Origin: a bacterium
Lineage (GTDB): Bacteria; J088; JAWLBW01
Reading direction: 5' to 3'
Assembly (NCBI GenBank): GCA_041690355.1
Contig: JAWLHK010000002.1
Location: 248,001-283,081, forward strand
DNA: 35,081 nucleotides
Shown: piece after piece, positions 20,569-28,481 of the stretch
Layout: every line of letters starts with the position of its first letter
How positions within the stretch are numbered: the first letter of the stretch is position 1
Notes under the pieces: generated by a model
Told to the model about the DNA's origin: nothing
What the model saw: the letters and a program-made list of their open reading frames with translations, nothing else
Databases searched by the model: none
Translations under genes and position numbers: made by a program

Positions 20569-21657
20569 CTATCCGAGGAACGTGTTGCGGCGCTGCTGCA
20601 CGAGATCACTCACCATGTTCTGGATGGTGGCGCGCAGTTCTTCATTCAGTGTATTGACAAGTATGTCATCTTCCCATGAACGGGAAGAAAAGTCACCCAA
20701 GTCGAAGGTCTCTCCGAAACGGATATACCACTTCGACGGCAGCGGAAGGACCCCCAGCGGGCCGAGCCACGGGAAAAGCGGCGTGAACGGAAAATACGGC
20801 ACCCGCAGCGCGTTTGCGATGAACCCGCTCGTGAAAAGAATCGGATAGGTTTCTTCGGCCCCGAGTACCGCAACCGGAATCACGGGGGCCCCGGTCTTCA
20901 TGGCCAGGCGCACCGTGCCGCCGCGCCCGAAACGAGCCAGATGATACCGATCGCGAAACGGCTTGGCGACACCCTTGAGTCCCTCGGGAAAAGAACCGAC
21001 GAGCTCGCCGGCATCGACAAGGCGGCGCGCGTTGTCCTGGCTTCCGCGCACCATCCCGAGACGGGTCAGCACATAGGACAGAAACGGAAGCTTCGTGAAC
21101 CACTCTTCGAGCAGGAAGCGCACGGGGCGACCCGACGGGTGCAGCTCCTGAACGGCGTACTGGACCATCCAGGCGTCGAAGGGCAGGAAACCGGAATGGT
21201 TGGCAATCAGCAGACCCGGTCCCGCGGACGGTACGTTCTCGAGGCCCTCGACCTCGATGCGCCAGTAACGATAGAAGAGAAAATCAGCCAGTGGCCGCAG
21301 GCGTTCGATGTATTCCTCGTTGCGCCCGAAATCATCGACGCTGCTCGCAGGCACGCCGACGAAGGTGCGCCGCAGCGTCTGGCGCAGGCGGCCCGGGCGC
21401 AGAGCCGAAACGGTGCTGCGCAGCAGGTGAAACAGTTCGCCGACGAGTGAACGGTCTTCCTCGGACAGGCGGCCCAGATCCTTCTGCACGGTGCGTTCGA
21501 GCTCGCGCAGGTAATCATCAATCACGGTCGCGTTGCTCGCGACGTCGCGTTCGCTGAGCCCTCGCAGCTGCTTGACGAGAATGGCGGCGCGGTCGTCGGC
21601 AAGCGACCGTACGGCGTTCTCGAGCCGGTCGAGGCGGCTGGTCGTCTCCCGGGTCAT
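20569..21657 (-). CDS. Lysophospholipid/glycerolipid acyltransferase (PlsC superfamily, resembling mycobacterial Rv0502) with a helical N-terminal extension
   Basis: DDFG, NHSGFLPFD, FPEG, FGRGG and PLPSKW motifs; ATGA overlap with the ParA gene. Confidence 0.88.
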   Translation of the reverse strand: MTRETTSRLDRLENAVRSLADDRAAILVKQLRGLSERDVASNATVIDDYLRELERTVQKDLGRLSEEDRSLVGELFHLLRSTVSALRPGRLRQTLRRTFVGVPASSVDDFGRNEEYIERLRPLADFLFYRYWRIEVEGLENVPSAGPGLLIANHSGFLPFDAWMVQYAVQELHPSGRPVRFLLEEWFTKLPFLSYVLTRLGMVRGSQDNARRLVDAGELVGSFPEGLKGVAKPFRDRYHLARFGRGGTVRLAMKTGAPVIPVAVLGAEETYPILFTSGFIANALRVPYFPFTPLFPWLGPLGVLPLPSKWYIRFGETFDLGDFSSRSWEDDILVNTLNEELRATIQNMVSDLVQQRRNTFLG

Positions 21658-22427
21658 GCGGGCACGGCCCCCTTGCTGCGATAGAGCTCGGCGGCAAACT
21701 GCGCGAGCATCTGCGCCCCCGAGCTTCGCGGCGCGTACTCCCAGATGGTCTGGCCGTGGCTCTGCGCCTCATCGATCTTCACGTTGAACCCGATGACCGT
21801 CTTCGAGACCGTGGCGCCGAAATTCGACCGCAGACGCTCGAGGATTTCGTTGGCCAGGCGCGTGTTGCGGAACAGAGTGGGTACGACGGCGCTGACACGC
21901 AGCGTGCGCCGCCCGTAGGACTCACGCACCTGTTCGACCGTCTCGATGATTTCGGCGCAACCGTCGAGCGCGAAGAACGTCATGTTGACGGGTATGACGA
22001 TTTCGTCGGCGGCCACCATGATGTTGATGGTCAGGGCGCCGAGCGACGGCGGACTGTCGATGATGACGAAGTCATAGCCCTTCAAGCCGGTGAGCTTCTG
22101 CTGCAGCCGGTGATTGCGGTCTGACTCGCCCGCCAGCAGCATGGGCACGTCGATGAGCCGCTTGTTGGCGACGACGAGGTCGAGCCCGGGAATGCGCGAG
22201 GAGATGACGGCGTCGCTGACGCTGACGTTCGGATCGGCCAGCAGATCGAGGGTCGTCGTTTCGACCTCGCGCACGTTGATGCCGAGCGACTTGCCCACCT
22301 GGCCCTGCGGATCCATGTCGATGAGCAGCACGCGTTTCTTCTTGAGTGCGAAGAAGGCAGCCGTGTTCACGGCGAGCGTCGTCTTGCAGCTGCCGCCCTT
22401 TTCATTGATGAAAGCGATACGCCGCAT
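21654..22427 (-). CDS. Orphan ParA/Soj-family ATPase
   Basis: True start is ATG at 22427 (MRRIAFINEKGGSCKTT). Motifs LIDMDPQG, IIDSPPSLG and NVKIDEAQSHG. No parB in the window. Confidence 0.9.
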   Translation of the reverse strand: MRRIAFINEKGGSCKTTLAVNTAAFFALKKKRVLLIDMDPQGQVGKSLGINVREVETTTLDLLADPNVSVSDAVISSRIPGLDLVVANKRLIDVPMLLAGESDRNHRLQQKLTGLKGYDFVIIDSPPSLGALTINIMVAADEIVIPVNMTFFALDGCAEIIETVEQVRESYGRRTLRVSAVVPTLFRNTRLANEILERLRSNFGATVSKTVIGFNVKIDEAQSHGQTIWEYAPRSSGAQMLAQFAAELYRSKGAVPA

Positions 22428-22429
22428 AT

Positions 22430-23458
22430 TCAATCCGCCAGGGTGTCGATGAGGCGGACGTCGCGCAGGCGCTGCATGCCGGCATACGCCTCGATGGTGT
22501 CGCGTGTCGAATGGCGAGGCTGGAAACCAAGTTCGCGTACCGCCTTGTCGCCGTCGGCGATCCAGAGGAACCGGATGTAGTCGAGATGCGCCCCGGGCGC
22601 GGGCGAGAGGCCCGCCATCCAGGCCGCCTGCACGAGCGGATAAGCGACAGGATGCGCGACCGGAAACGTAACCCGGCCGGCAAGCTTGATGATCGTCGAA
22701 AGCGGCAGCACGCCCGGACCGGTGATGTTGAACGCGCCCGAGACCTCGCGCTCTAGCGCAAGCTCGAACGCGTCGAGCACGTCGTTTTCGTGTACGAGCT
22801 GCTGCAGCGGATCGTAGCCGAGGAGCGTCATGCACGCCGGGCGGCGCAGATACTCGGTTACCAGGTTGCGCACGGTGGGGCCGAGAATCGACGCCAGGCG
22901 CAGAACCGTGACGCTCGTTTCGGGGTGCTTGCGCGCGTGGCGCGCCAGCAGCTCTTCGACCTCTGCCTTGTCGCGAACGAACCGGTAGTGGCGCGGCGGC
23001 CGCAGCGGCATGTCTTCGGTGAGAAAGTTCGGATTCGAGGGATGGGCGCCGTACACCATGGTCGACGACCGCACAATCAGCTTGCGCAGTTTGTGGCGCG
23101 CGGCGGCGTGCAGCAGGTTCAGCGTTCCGATGACCTCGAGCTCGTGGGCGAAAGTCGAGTTGCGCGACGGGTTGGCCTGAAAGGCCAGGTGAAGCACGGT
23201 GTCGACCTGTTCGCGATCGAGTATGTCGGCGATCAGGGCATCCGCCGTCGGCTGGGTTAGGTCGACCTTGTAGAACTTGTTCGCCTTCGCAAGCTGCTTG
23301 GGGCGTTTGATGTCCATGACCACGATGGGCCACTCGTCGCGCGCCTGCAGCCGGCGCAGCAGCCGCTGACCGATGAAGGTGTCGGCGCCCGTGATGGCGA
23401 TGGTCGGAGTGTTGCGTGCCGTTTTGCGCGCACGCGGCGCCTTCTTACGTTCGGCCAT
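22430..23458 (-). CDS. Atypical extended SDR / NAD-dependent epimerase family protein (resembling Rv0501/GalE2)
   Basis: ITGADTFIG, VDTVLHLA, VIGTLNLL, SSTMVYGA, LLGYDP..Q.VHE.D and RELGFQP. Confidence 0.85.
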   Translation of the reverse strand: MAERKKAPRARKTARNTPTIAITGADTFIGQRLLRRLQARDEWPIVVMDIKRPKQLAKANKFYKVDLTQPTADALIADILDREQVDTVLHLAFQANPSRNSTFAHELEVIGTLNLLHAAARHKLRKLIVRSSTMVYGAHPSNPNFLTEDMPLRPPRHYRFVRDKAEVEELLARHARKHPETSVTVLRLASILGPTVRNLVTEYLRRPACMTLLGYDPLQQLVHENDVLDAFELALEREVSGAFNITGPGVLPLSTIIKLAGRVTFPVAHPVAYPLVQAAWMAGLSPAPGAHLDYIRFLWIADGDKAVRELGFQPRHSTRDTIEAYAGMQRLRDVRLIDTLAD

Positions 23459-23484
23459 GGTTCGTGACGAGAACGCCGCGGCGT

Positions 23485-23823
23485 TCAGGCCTCGGCCTTG
23501 GGCGCACGTTTGCGGGGCGCTGCCGCGGGCTTGGCTGCGACGTTGGTGAGCGTTTCGACCTTGTCGGCGAGGTCTTCAATCTGCCGCTCCAGGCTGCGAA
23601 CCTGCTTGCGCAGCTTATCGAAATCTTCGCGCGTGGGCTGGTTGACCAGCGACAATGCGAGCGCCACGTTCTTGTCGAGCGTCGCTTTGAGATTCTGCGT
23701 GCGCATGAGGGTGCGGGCTACGGTGGCGCTGACCTTTTCATTGGCCATCAGCTCGTTGAGCACCTCGGTCATGCGCTCTTCACCCATGGCCATCAACTTC
23801 TTCACAAACTTCTGATCGTTCAC
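23485..23823 (-). CDS. Small phasin/PhaF-like helical protein with an AAKP tail
   Basis: GTG start at 23823 (GGAGG RBS). Coiled-coil motif 'LVNQPTREDFDKLRKQVRSLERQIEDL' and tail AAKPAAAPRKRAPK. Confidence 0.65.
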   Translation of the reverse strand: MNDQKFVKKLMAMGEERMTEVLNELMANEKVSATVARTLMRTQNLKATLDKNVALALSLVNQPTREDFDKLRKQVRSLERQIEDLADKVETLTNVAAKPAAAPRKRAPKAEA

Positions 23824-23866
23824 GGAGCCTCCGGCTGCTGTCGGACGGTAGGAAAAAGCAAAGAAG

Positions 23867-23904
23867 ATCATACTCATTCGTGACGCGGCCCGTCAAGCGT
23901 CACG
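23867..23904 (-). promoter_or_regulatory. Sigma70 promoter of the five-gene operon with an inverted repeat around the -35 box
   Basis: Minus strand TTGACG-N18-TATGAT. CGTGACGC-N10-GCGTCACG lies at 23879-23904. Confidence 0.65.
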
Positions 23905-23931
23905 CGGGCCGGAGCGCCTGCTTTCCGTGGC

Positions 23932-23975
23932 GAAGAAAAGGCGGAGCGGCTCGCCCGAAGGGGAGCGCGCTCCGC
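23932..23975 (-). terminator. Probable intrinsic terminator downstream of the 34-aa ORF
   Basis: Minus strand GCGGAGCGCGCTCCCC-TTCG-GGCGAGCCGCTCCGC (bulged stem) followed by CTTTTCTT. Confidence 0.6.
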
Positions 23976-23995
23976 CGGAAGCTAAGGTTCTCGAT

Positions 23996-24100
23996 TCAGG
24001 GACGACGCTGCGCCCCCGGCTGGCTGCCCCGCTTCATTTCGCGCTTGGCCTGGCTCTTCGTGCGCTGAAACGCGCCTTTGAGCCTGTTCACGATACCCAT
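23996..24100 (-). CDS. Small basic protein (34 aa)
   Basis: GGGAGGT RBS just upstream of ATG at 24100; MGIVNRLKGAFQRTKSQAKREMKRGSQPGAQRRP; a terminator follows. Confidence 0.6.
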   Translation of the reverse strand: MGIVNRLKGAFQRTKSQAKREMKRGSQPGAQRRP

Positions 24101-24418
24101 TACGAACCTCCCGGGCGCTGCAGGGCAGGGCGGCCGCGCAACACCGCCAGGCCGGCCCCGCGTCTGCGGCGCGGTTACAGGTTGACTACGAAGTGCCGCC
24201 CGGACTACGGCGTGCGCCTTCATCGATCATTCTGCACGGGCCGGGCCCGGATTGTTTAGAGTGGAGTGCCGCCCGGCCGCCCCCGGCCCCATCGCCCGGC
24301 GGCGGGACGAACGCCGGGAAAACGAGAAGCATTGAAGCGACGGATGTTGCCTGCTACCGTATGGGCGGAGCAGGCGCGACACGCCGCGCGACAACTTCGA
24401 CAGGATGGGAGCTCGACG

Positions 24419-25099
24419 ATGAAAACTGCGATGCGATATTCACTGCTGCTCGTTCTTGCGCTTCTGGCGTCGGCCTGCCAGCGCGAGAAAAGCGAAACCT
24501 CTGGTTCGGTTGCCGCGCAGGCCCCCGAGGCTCCGGCAGAATCCGATGCCGAGGACGATGGCGCCGAGGCCGAAGATGTCTCGGTGAACGTCACGCTCGA
24601 TCCGGCAGAGCTGCGCACGGGCCAGCAGGTACGCGCCGTGATCGCGCCGGTCACCCGTGGGGTCGTCTTCCGGTTCGCCTGGTTCATCGACGGGAACGAG
24701 GTGCCCGGTGAGTACGATGAAGTGCTCGGCGGCGATTTCGTGGCCAAGGGCAAGGAGATTCACGTCGAAGTCACCCCGTCGGTGGACAACGAAGACCGCG
24801 GCACGGTGCGCAGCGCCACCGTCACCGTGGGCAATACGCCGCCGGATGTGCCTGGTTCCGACGTGATCGAGGCAGACGAATCGCGCGTCGTTTTCCAGAT
24901 TCGCGCTGAAGACGTCGACGGCGACGCGCTGCGGTACAAGTTGGTCGAGGGACCCCTCGGGATGAAGATAGACGGCTCGAGCGGCCGCATCGAGTGGATG
25001 GTCCCGGCAGGCTTCTCCGGGTCGGCAAAGTACGTCGTCAATGTCGGCGACGGCGATGCCGAGACGCAACTCGAAAGCACCGTCGAGCGGCAGCAGTAA
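24419..25099 (+). CDS. Lipoprotein with Ig-like (He_PIG/cadherin-like) domains
   Basis: ATG at 24419 (GGGAG RBS). Lipobox LASA-C; NTPP, AEDVDGDALRYKLVEGPLGMKID and GRIEW. Confidence 0.8.
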   Translation: MKTAMRYSLLLVLALLASACQREKSETSGSVAAQAPEAPAESDAEDDGAEAEDVSVNVTLDPAELRTGQQVRAVIAPVTRGVVFRFAWFIDGNEVPGEYDEVLGGDFVAKGKEIHVEVTPSVDNEDRGTVRSATVTVGNTPPDVPGSDVIEADESRVVFQIRAEDVDGDALRYKLVEGPLGMKIDGSSGRIEWMVPAGFSGSAKYVVNVGDGDAETQLESTVERQQ

Positions 25100-25191
25100 A
25101 CCTGGCTTCCCCGGCGGGGGGCACGCCGGGCCGCCGCCCGCAGTCCCCGCACGCGCCGCCGCGCCCAAGGCCCTGCCGGGGGCGCGGCCTT

Positions 25192-25220
25192 TTGACGGAA
25201 TCGGGGTTGTTTGATATGAT
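25192..25220 (+). promoter_or_regulatory. Sigma70 promoter of yceD-rpmF
   Basis: TTGACG-N17-TATGAT. Confidence 0.75.
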
Positions 25221-25258
25221 GACCCCTTTAACGTCGTCACGAAAAGCGGAGGTGGCGC

Positions 25259-25807
25259 ATGGTAATTGACTTCCGCGAAATTACGGTGGCGGGGCTCGAC
25301 GTCGCATTCGACGAGCCTCTGGTTTGGCTTGACGACCGGCAGTCTGATGCGCTCCGCAGCCTGCATCGCTTTCCCGAACCGTTCCATGTCGAAGCGCATC
25401 TCGAGCGCTCGCAGGACACGGTTCTCGTCCACGGACGATACGCGGGCGTGGTGCAGACCGAGTGCGTACGCTGCCTGAAGGAGTTCACCACTCCGGTGGA
25501 GGAAGAGTTTCGCCTGACCCTGCTCCCGCATACGCACGCGTCTGCGGTCGAGGAGAAGGAGAAGGAAGTCGAGGAAGAGGATGTCGACCTGGCCTATTTC
25601 GATGAGGAAAAGGTCGACCTTACTCGAGTCGTTTCGGAGCAGGTCATCCTGTCGCTTGACCTGTATCCGCGATGCCGGCCGGATTGCCGGGGGCTCTGTC
25701 CCGTGTGCGGGAAGAACCTCAACGAAGATTCCTGCCGGTGCGAAGAAAACAGCACCGACACGCGTTTGTCGGCTTTGAAACAGTTCAAACTGGCGAAAGA
25801 CCAGTAG
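25259..25807 (+). CDS. yceD: YceD/DUF177 protein
   Basis: ECVRCL, C..DCRGLCPVCGKNLN..C.C and D.RLSAL; directly upstream of rpmF. Confidence 0.95.
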   Translation: MVIDFREITVAGLDVAFDEPLVWLDDRQSDALRSLHRFPEPFHVEAHLERSQDTVLVHGRYAGVVQTECVRCLKEFTTPVEEEFRLTLLPHTHASAVEEKEKEVEEEDVDLAYFDEEKVDLTRVVSEQVILSLDLYPRCRPDCRGLCPVCGKNLNEDSCRCEENSTDTRLSALKQFKLAKDQ

Positions 25808-25818
25808 GAGAGAGGCCC

Positions 25819-26001
25819 ATGCCTTTACCGAAACGCAAGCATTCGAAGACAGTCCAGCGTCTGCGCCGGACCCACTACAAGCTGGAGTCCCCCAATTCGG
25901 GCGAGTGCCCGAAGTGCGGCGAACCGGTTGCTCCGCACCGCGCGTGCGGGAACTGCGGTAACTACCGCGGTCGTCAGATCCTGAAGGCCAAGGAATCCTG
26001 A
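25819..26001 (+). CDS. rpmF: 50S ribosomal protein L32 (zinc-ribbon type)
   Basis: MPLPKRKHSK..RRTH..CPKCG..PHRACGNCGNYRGRQI; AGGAG RBS. Confidence 0.96.
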   Translation: MPLPKRKHSKTVQRLRRTHYKLESPNSGECPKCGEPVAPHRACGNCGNYRGRQILKAKES

Positions 26002-26096
26002 GTTCCGCTCCGGGTGCCTGGGGTGGCCATGCATCCTCCCTACTCGTTGCTTTCCCCGGCGCCGGCCGATAATCCGGCGCCGCGGAGGTGTTCCCG

Positions 26097-27029
26097 GTGA
26101 CGGTCGCCGTCGTATTTCCCGGTCAGGGCTCGCAGCGCATCGGCATGGGCGTCGACCTTGCCGCGTCGCACCCGTCTGCCCGGAAGTGCTTCGAAGAAGC
26201 ATCCGAGGCGCTGGGCTACGACATGCTGGCGCTGTGCGGCGAGGGACCCGAAGAGCGTCTTCGTTTGACTGAATATACCCAGCCGGCCATTCTCACCGTC
26301 AGCGTCGCGGCCTATCGGGTCTGGCATGAACACGCCGGCATCGAGCCGGCGGCGGGCGCCGGGCATTCGCTGGGGGAATACAGTGCGCTGGTCGCCGCCG
26401 GCAGCCTTGGTTTTGCCGATGCCGTTCGGCTGGTCAGACTTCGCGGCCGCGCCATGCAGGAGGCCGTTCCCGTCGGCCGCGGCAAGATGGCGGCGGTGCT
26501 CAACCTGGACTCCGAGAAACTAGACGAAGTCTGCGTCGTGGCTGCCGAGGGCGACGTTGTATCGGCAGCCAATCTGAACGCGCCGGGGCAGATCGTGATC
26601 TCCGGCGGCGCCGATGCCGTCGATCGCGCGGCGAAAGCGGCCCTTGCCGCCGGCGCCCGCCGCGTACTGCCGCTCGACGTCAGCGCGCCGTTCCACTGCG
26701 CGCTCATGCAGCCGGCTGCAGAGCGTCTCGAACAGGCGCTCGCCGACGTTCCCCTCGCGCCGCCGCGCTTCCCCGTCTACTCCAACGTCACGGCCGCGCC
26801 GCACGCCCCCGAGCCGGCCGGTATCCGCGAGGCGCTCGTGCGCCAGGTTTGTGCGCCGGTGCGCTGGGAAGAGACGGTGACGGCGCTCGCCGCCGCCGGC
26901 ATCACGCGAACCGTCGAGTGCGGACCCGGCAAGGTACTGAGCGCGCTCATCAAGCGCGTCGCCGGCGACATTTCCCTTTCCAACATCGAGACGGTTGCCG
27001 ATCTCGATGCCTGGGCCGTCGGCCGATGA
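26097..27029 (+). CDS. fabD: Malonyl-CoA:ACP transacylase
   Basis: FPGQGSQ, TQPA, GHSLGEY and SAPFH; GTG start at 26097 after GGAGG. Confidence 0.96.
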   Translation: MTVAVVFPGQGSQRIGMGVDLAASHPSARKCFEEASEALGYDMLALCGEGPEERLRLTEYTQPAILTVSVAAYRVWHEHAGIEPAAGAGHSLGEYSALVAAGSLGFADAVRLVRLRGRAMQEAVPVGRGKMAAVLNLDSEKLDEVCVVAAEGDVVSAANLNAPGQIVISGGADAVDRAAKAALAAGARRVLPLDVSAPFHCALMQPAAERLEQALADVPLAPPRFPVYSNVTAAPHAPEPAGIREALVRQVCAPVRWEETVTALAAAGITRTVECGPGKVLSALIKRVAGDISLSNIETVADLDAWAVGR

Positions 27030-27772
27030 GCCGGTTGAGCGGCCAGATTGCCCTCGTCACCGGGGGCGGGCGGGGAATCGGACGCGCCGTCGCCCGCCGA
27101 CTGGCGCGCGAAGGTGCGCACGTCGTCGTCAATTACGTCAGCGGTGAAGGGGCCGCACGCGAGACCGTCGAGGCGATACGCGCCGACGGCGGTACGGCAG
27201 ACACCGCCGGATTTGACGTCGCCGATGCCGCCGCGGTCAAGGCCGGCGTCGACGGCGTTCTGGGCAACCACGGCCGCATCGACATTCTCGTCAACAATGC
27301 CGGCGTCGTGCACAACGGGCTGCTCATGCGCCTGAAGGATGACGACATCGAGCACGTGCTCGGCGTGAACCTGCGCGGTACGATCCACTGCACGCGCGCC
27401 GTGACCGCGGGCATGGTCAAACGCCGGCAGGGACGCATCGTGAACATGACGAGCGTCGTCGCCGCCACCGGCAACGCGGGGCAGTCGATCTATGCCGCCA
27501 GCAAGGCGGGGGTCGTCGGGTTCACCCGCGCCACGGCGCGCGAACTTGCGCCGCGCTCGATTACCGTCAACGCCGTCGCGCCCGGTTTTATCGATACCGA
27601 CATGACGGCAAGCTTGCCAGACGCAACGCGGCAGGATATCGTGGAGAGCATACCGCTCGGTCGCAGCGGTACGGCGGAGGAAGTCGCCGGCGCCGTGCTG
27701 TTTTTCTGCCTGCCTGAATCCGCTTACATCACCGGTCACGTATTGGACGTGAACGGTGGCATGCACATGTGA
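27026..27772 (+). CDS. fabG: 3-oxoacyl-ACP reductase
   Basis: [26 protein letters not shown] and VNGGMHM; start at 27026 overlaps the fabD stop. Confidence 0.95.
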   Translation: MSRLSGQIALVTGGGRGIGRAVARRLAREGAHVVVNYVSGEGAARETVEAIRADGGTADTAGFDVADAAAVKAGVDGVLGNHGRIDILVNNAGVVHNGLLMRLKDDDIEHVLGVNLRGTIHCTRAVTAGMVKRRQGRIVNMTSVVAATGNAGQSIYAASKAGVVGFTRATARELAPRSITVNAVAPGFIDTDMTASLPDATRQDIVESIPLGRSGTAEEVAGAVLFFCLPESAYITGHVLDVNGGMHM

Positions 27773-27780
27773 GGATGTGG

Positions 27781-28011
27781 ATGACCCTCGAAGAGAAAGT
27801 CAAAAAGATCATTGCCGATACCCTCTCGAAGAACGAGGGCGAAATCGCCCTGGACGCTTCGCTCACCGAAGACCTGGGCGCCGATTCGCTCGAGATCGTC
27901 GAGCTCGCCATGGCCATGGAAGAGGAGTTCAGCATCGAAATTCCCGATGAAGACATCGAGAAGATCAGCACCGTCAAGGACATCGTCGACTACATCGCCG
28001 AACACAGGTAA
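27781..28011 (+). CDS. acpP: Acyl carrier protein
   Basis: [20 protein letters not shown]. Confidence 0.97.
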   Translation: MTLEEKVKKIIADTLSKNEGEIALDASLTEDLGADSLEIVELAMAMEEEFSIEIPDEDIEKISTVKDIVDYIAEHR

Positions 28012-28014
28012 GCC

Positions 28015-28476
28015 ATGAAGTTCGCGGTCGGCTCGGATCACGGCGGACTCGAAGTTCGCAGCCTGGTGGCGGATACCCTGCGCCAGCGCGGGCACGAAGT
28101 CGTCGATATGGGAACGACGGGCACCGAGTCGGTGGATTATCCGGATTTCGGCGCCAGGGTCGCGGGGGCCGTTTCTCGCGGCGAGGCCGAGCGCGGCGTG
28201 CTCGTCTGCGGCACGGGTATCGGCATGTCGATCATCGCCAACAAATTCGCCGGCGTGCGTGCGGCCCTCGTCACCGACCCGTTCATGGCGCGCATGGCGA
28301 GCGAGCACAACGACGCCAACGTGCTGGTCATGGGCGGCCGCGTTTCTTCACCCGAGCTGGCGCGCGAAATGCTTGTCGCCTGGCTCGACACCCCGTTCGA
28401 AGGCGGCCGCCATCAGCGTCGTCTCGACAAAATTGCCGAGTGGGAAGCCAAGTCGCTTTCCGGCAAGGAGCAGTAA
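28015..28476 (+). CDS. rpiB: Ribose-5-phosphate isomerase B
   Basis: [26 protein letters not shown] and FEGGRHQRR. Confidence 0.97.
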   Translation: MKFAVGSDHGGLEVRSLVADTLRQRGHEVVDMGTTGTESVDYPDFGARVAGAVSRGEAERGVLVCGTGIGMSIIANKFAGVRAALVTDPFMARMASEHNDANVLVMGGRVSSPELAREMLVAWLDTPFEGGRHQRRLDKIAEWEAKSLSGKEQ

Positions 28477-28481
28477 AAATC

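Noticed and set aside
21654-22427. Plasmid or prophage partition locus
   Set aside because: No rep, integrase or phage genes, no compositional shift, and it is embedded among chromosomal housekeeping genes.
22428-23333. Apparent 300-aa N-terminal extension of ParA (559-aa ORF)
   Set aside because: It is an off-frame overlap with the SDR gene and reads as Arg/Ala-rich nonsense. ParA homology begins at ATG 22427.
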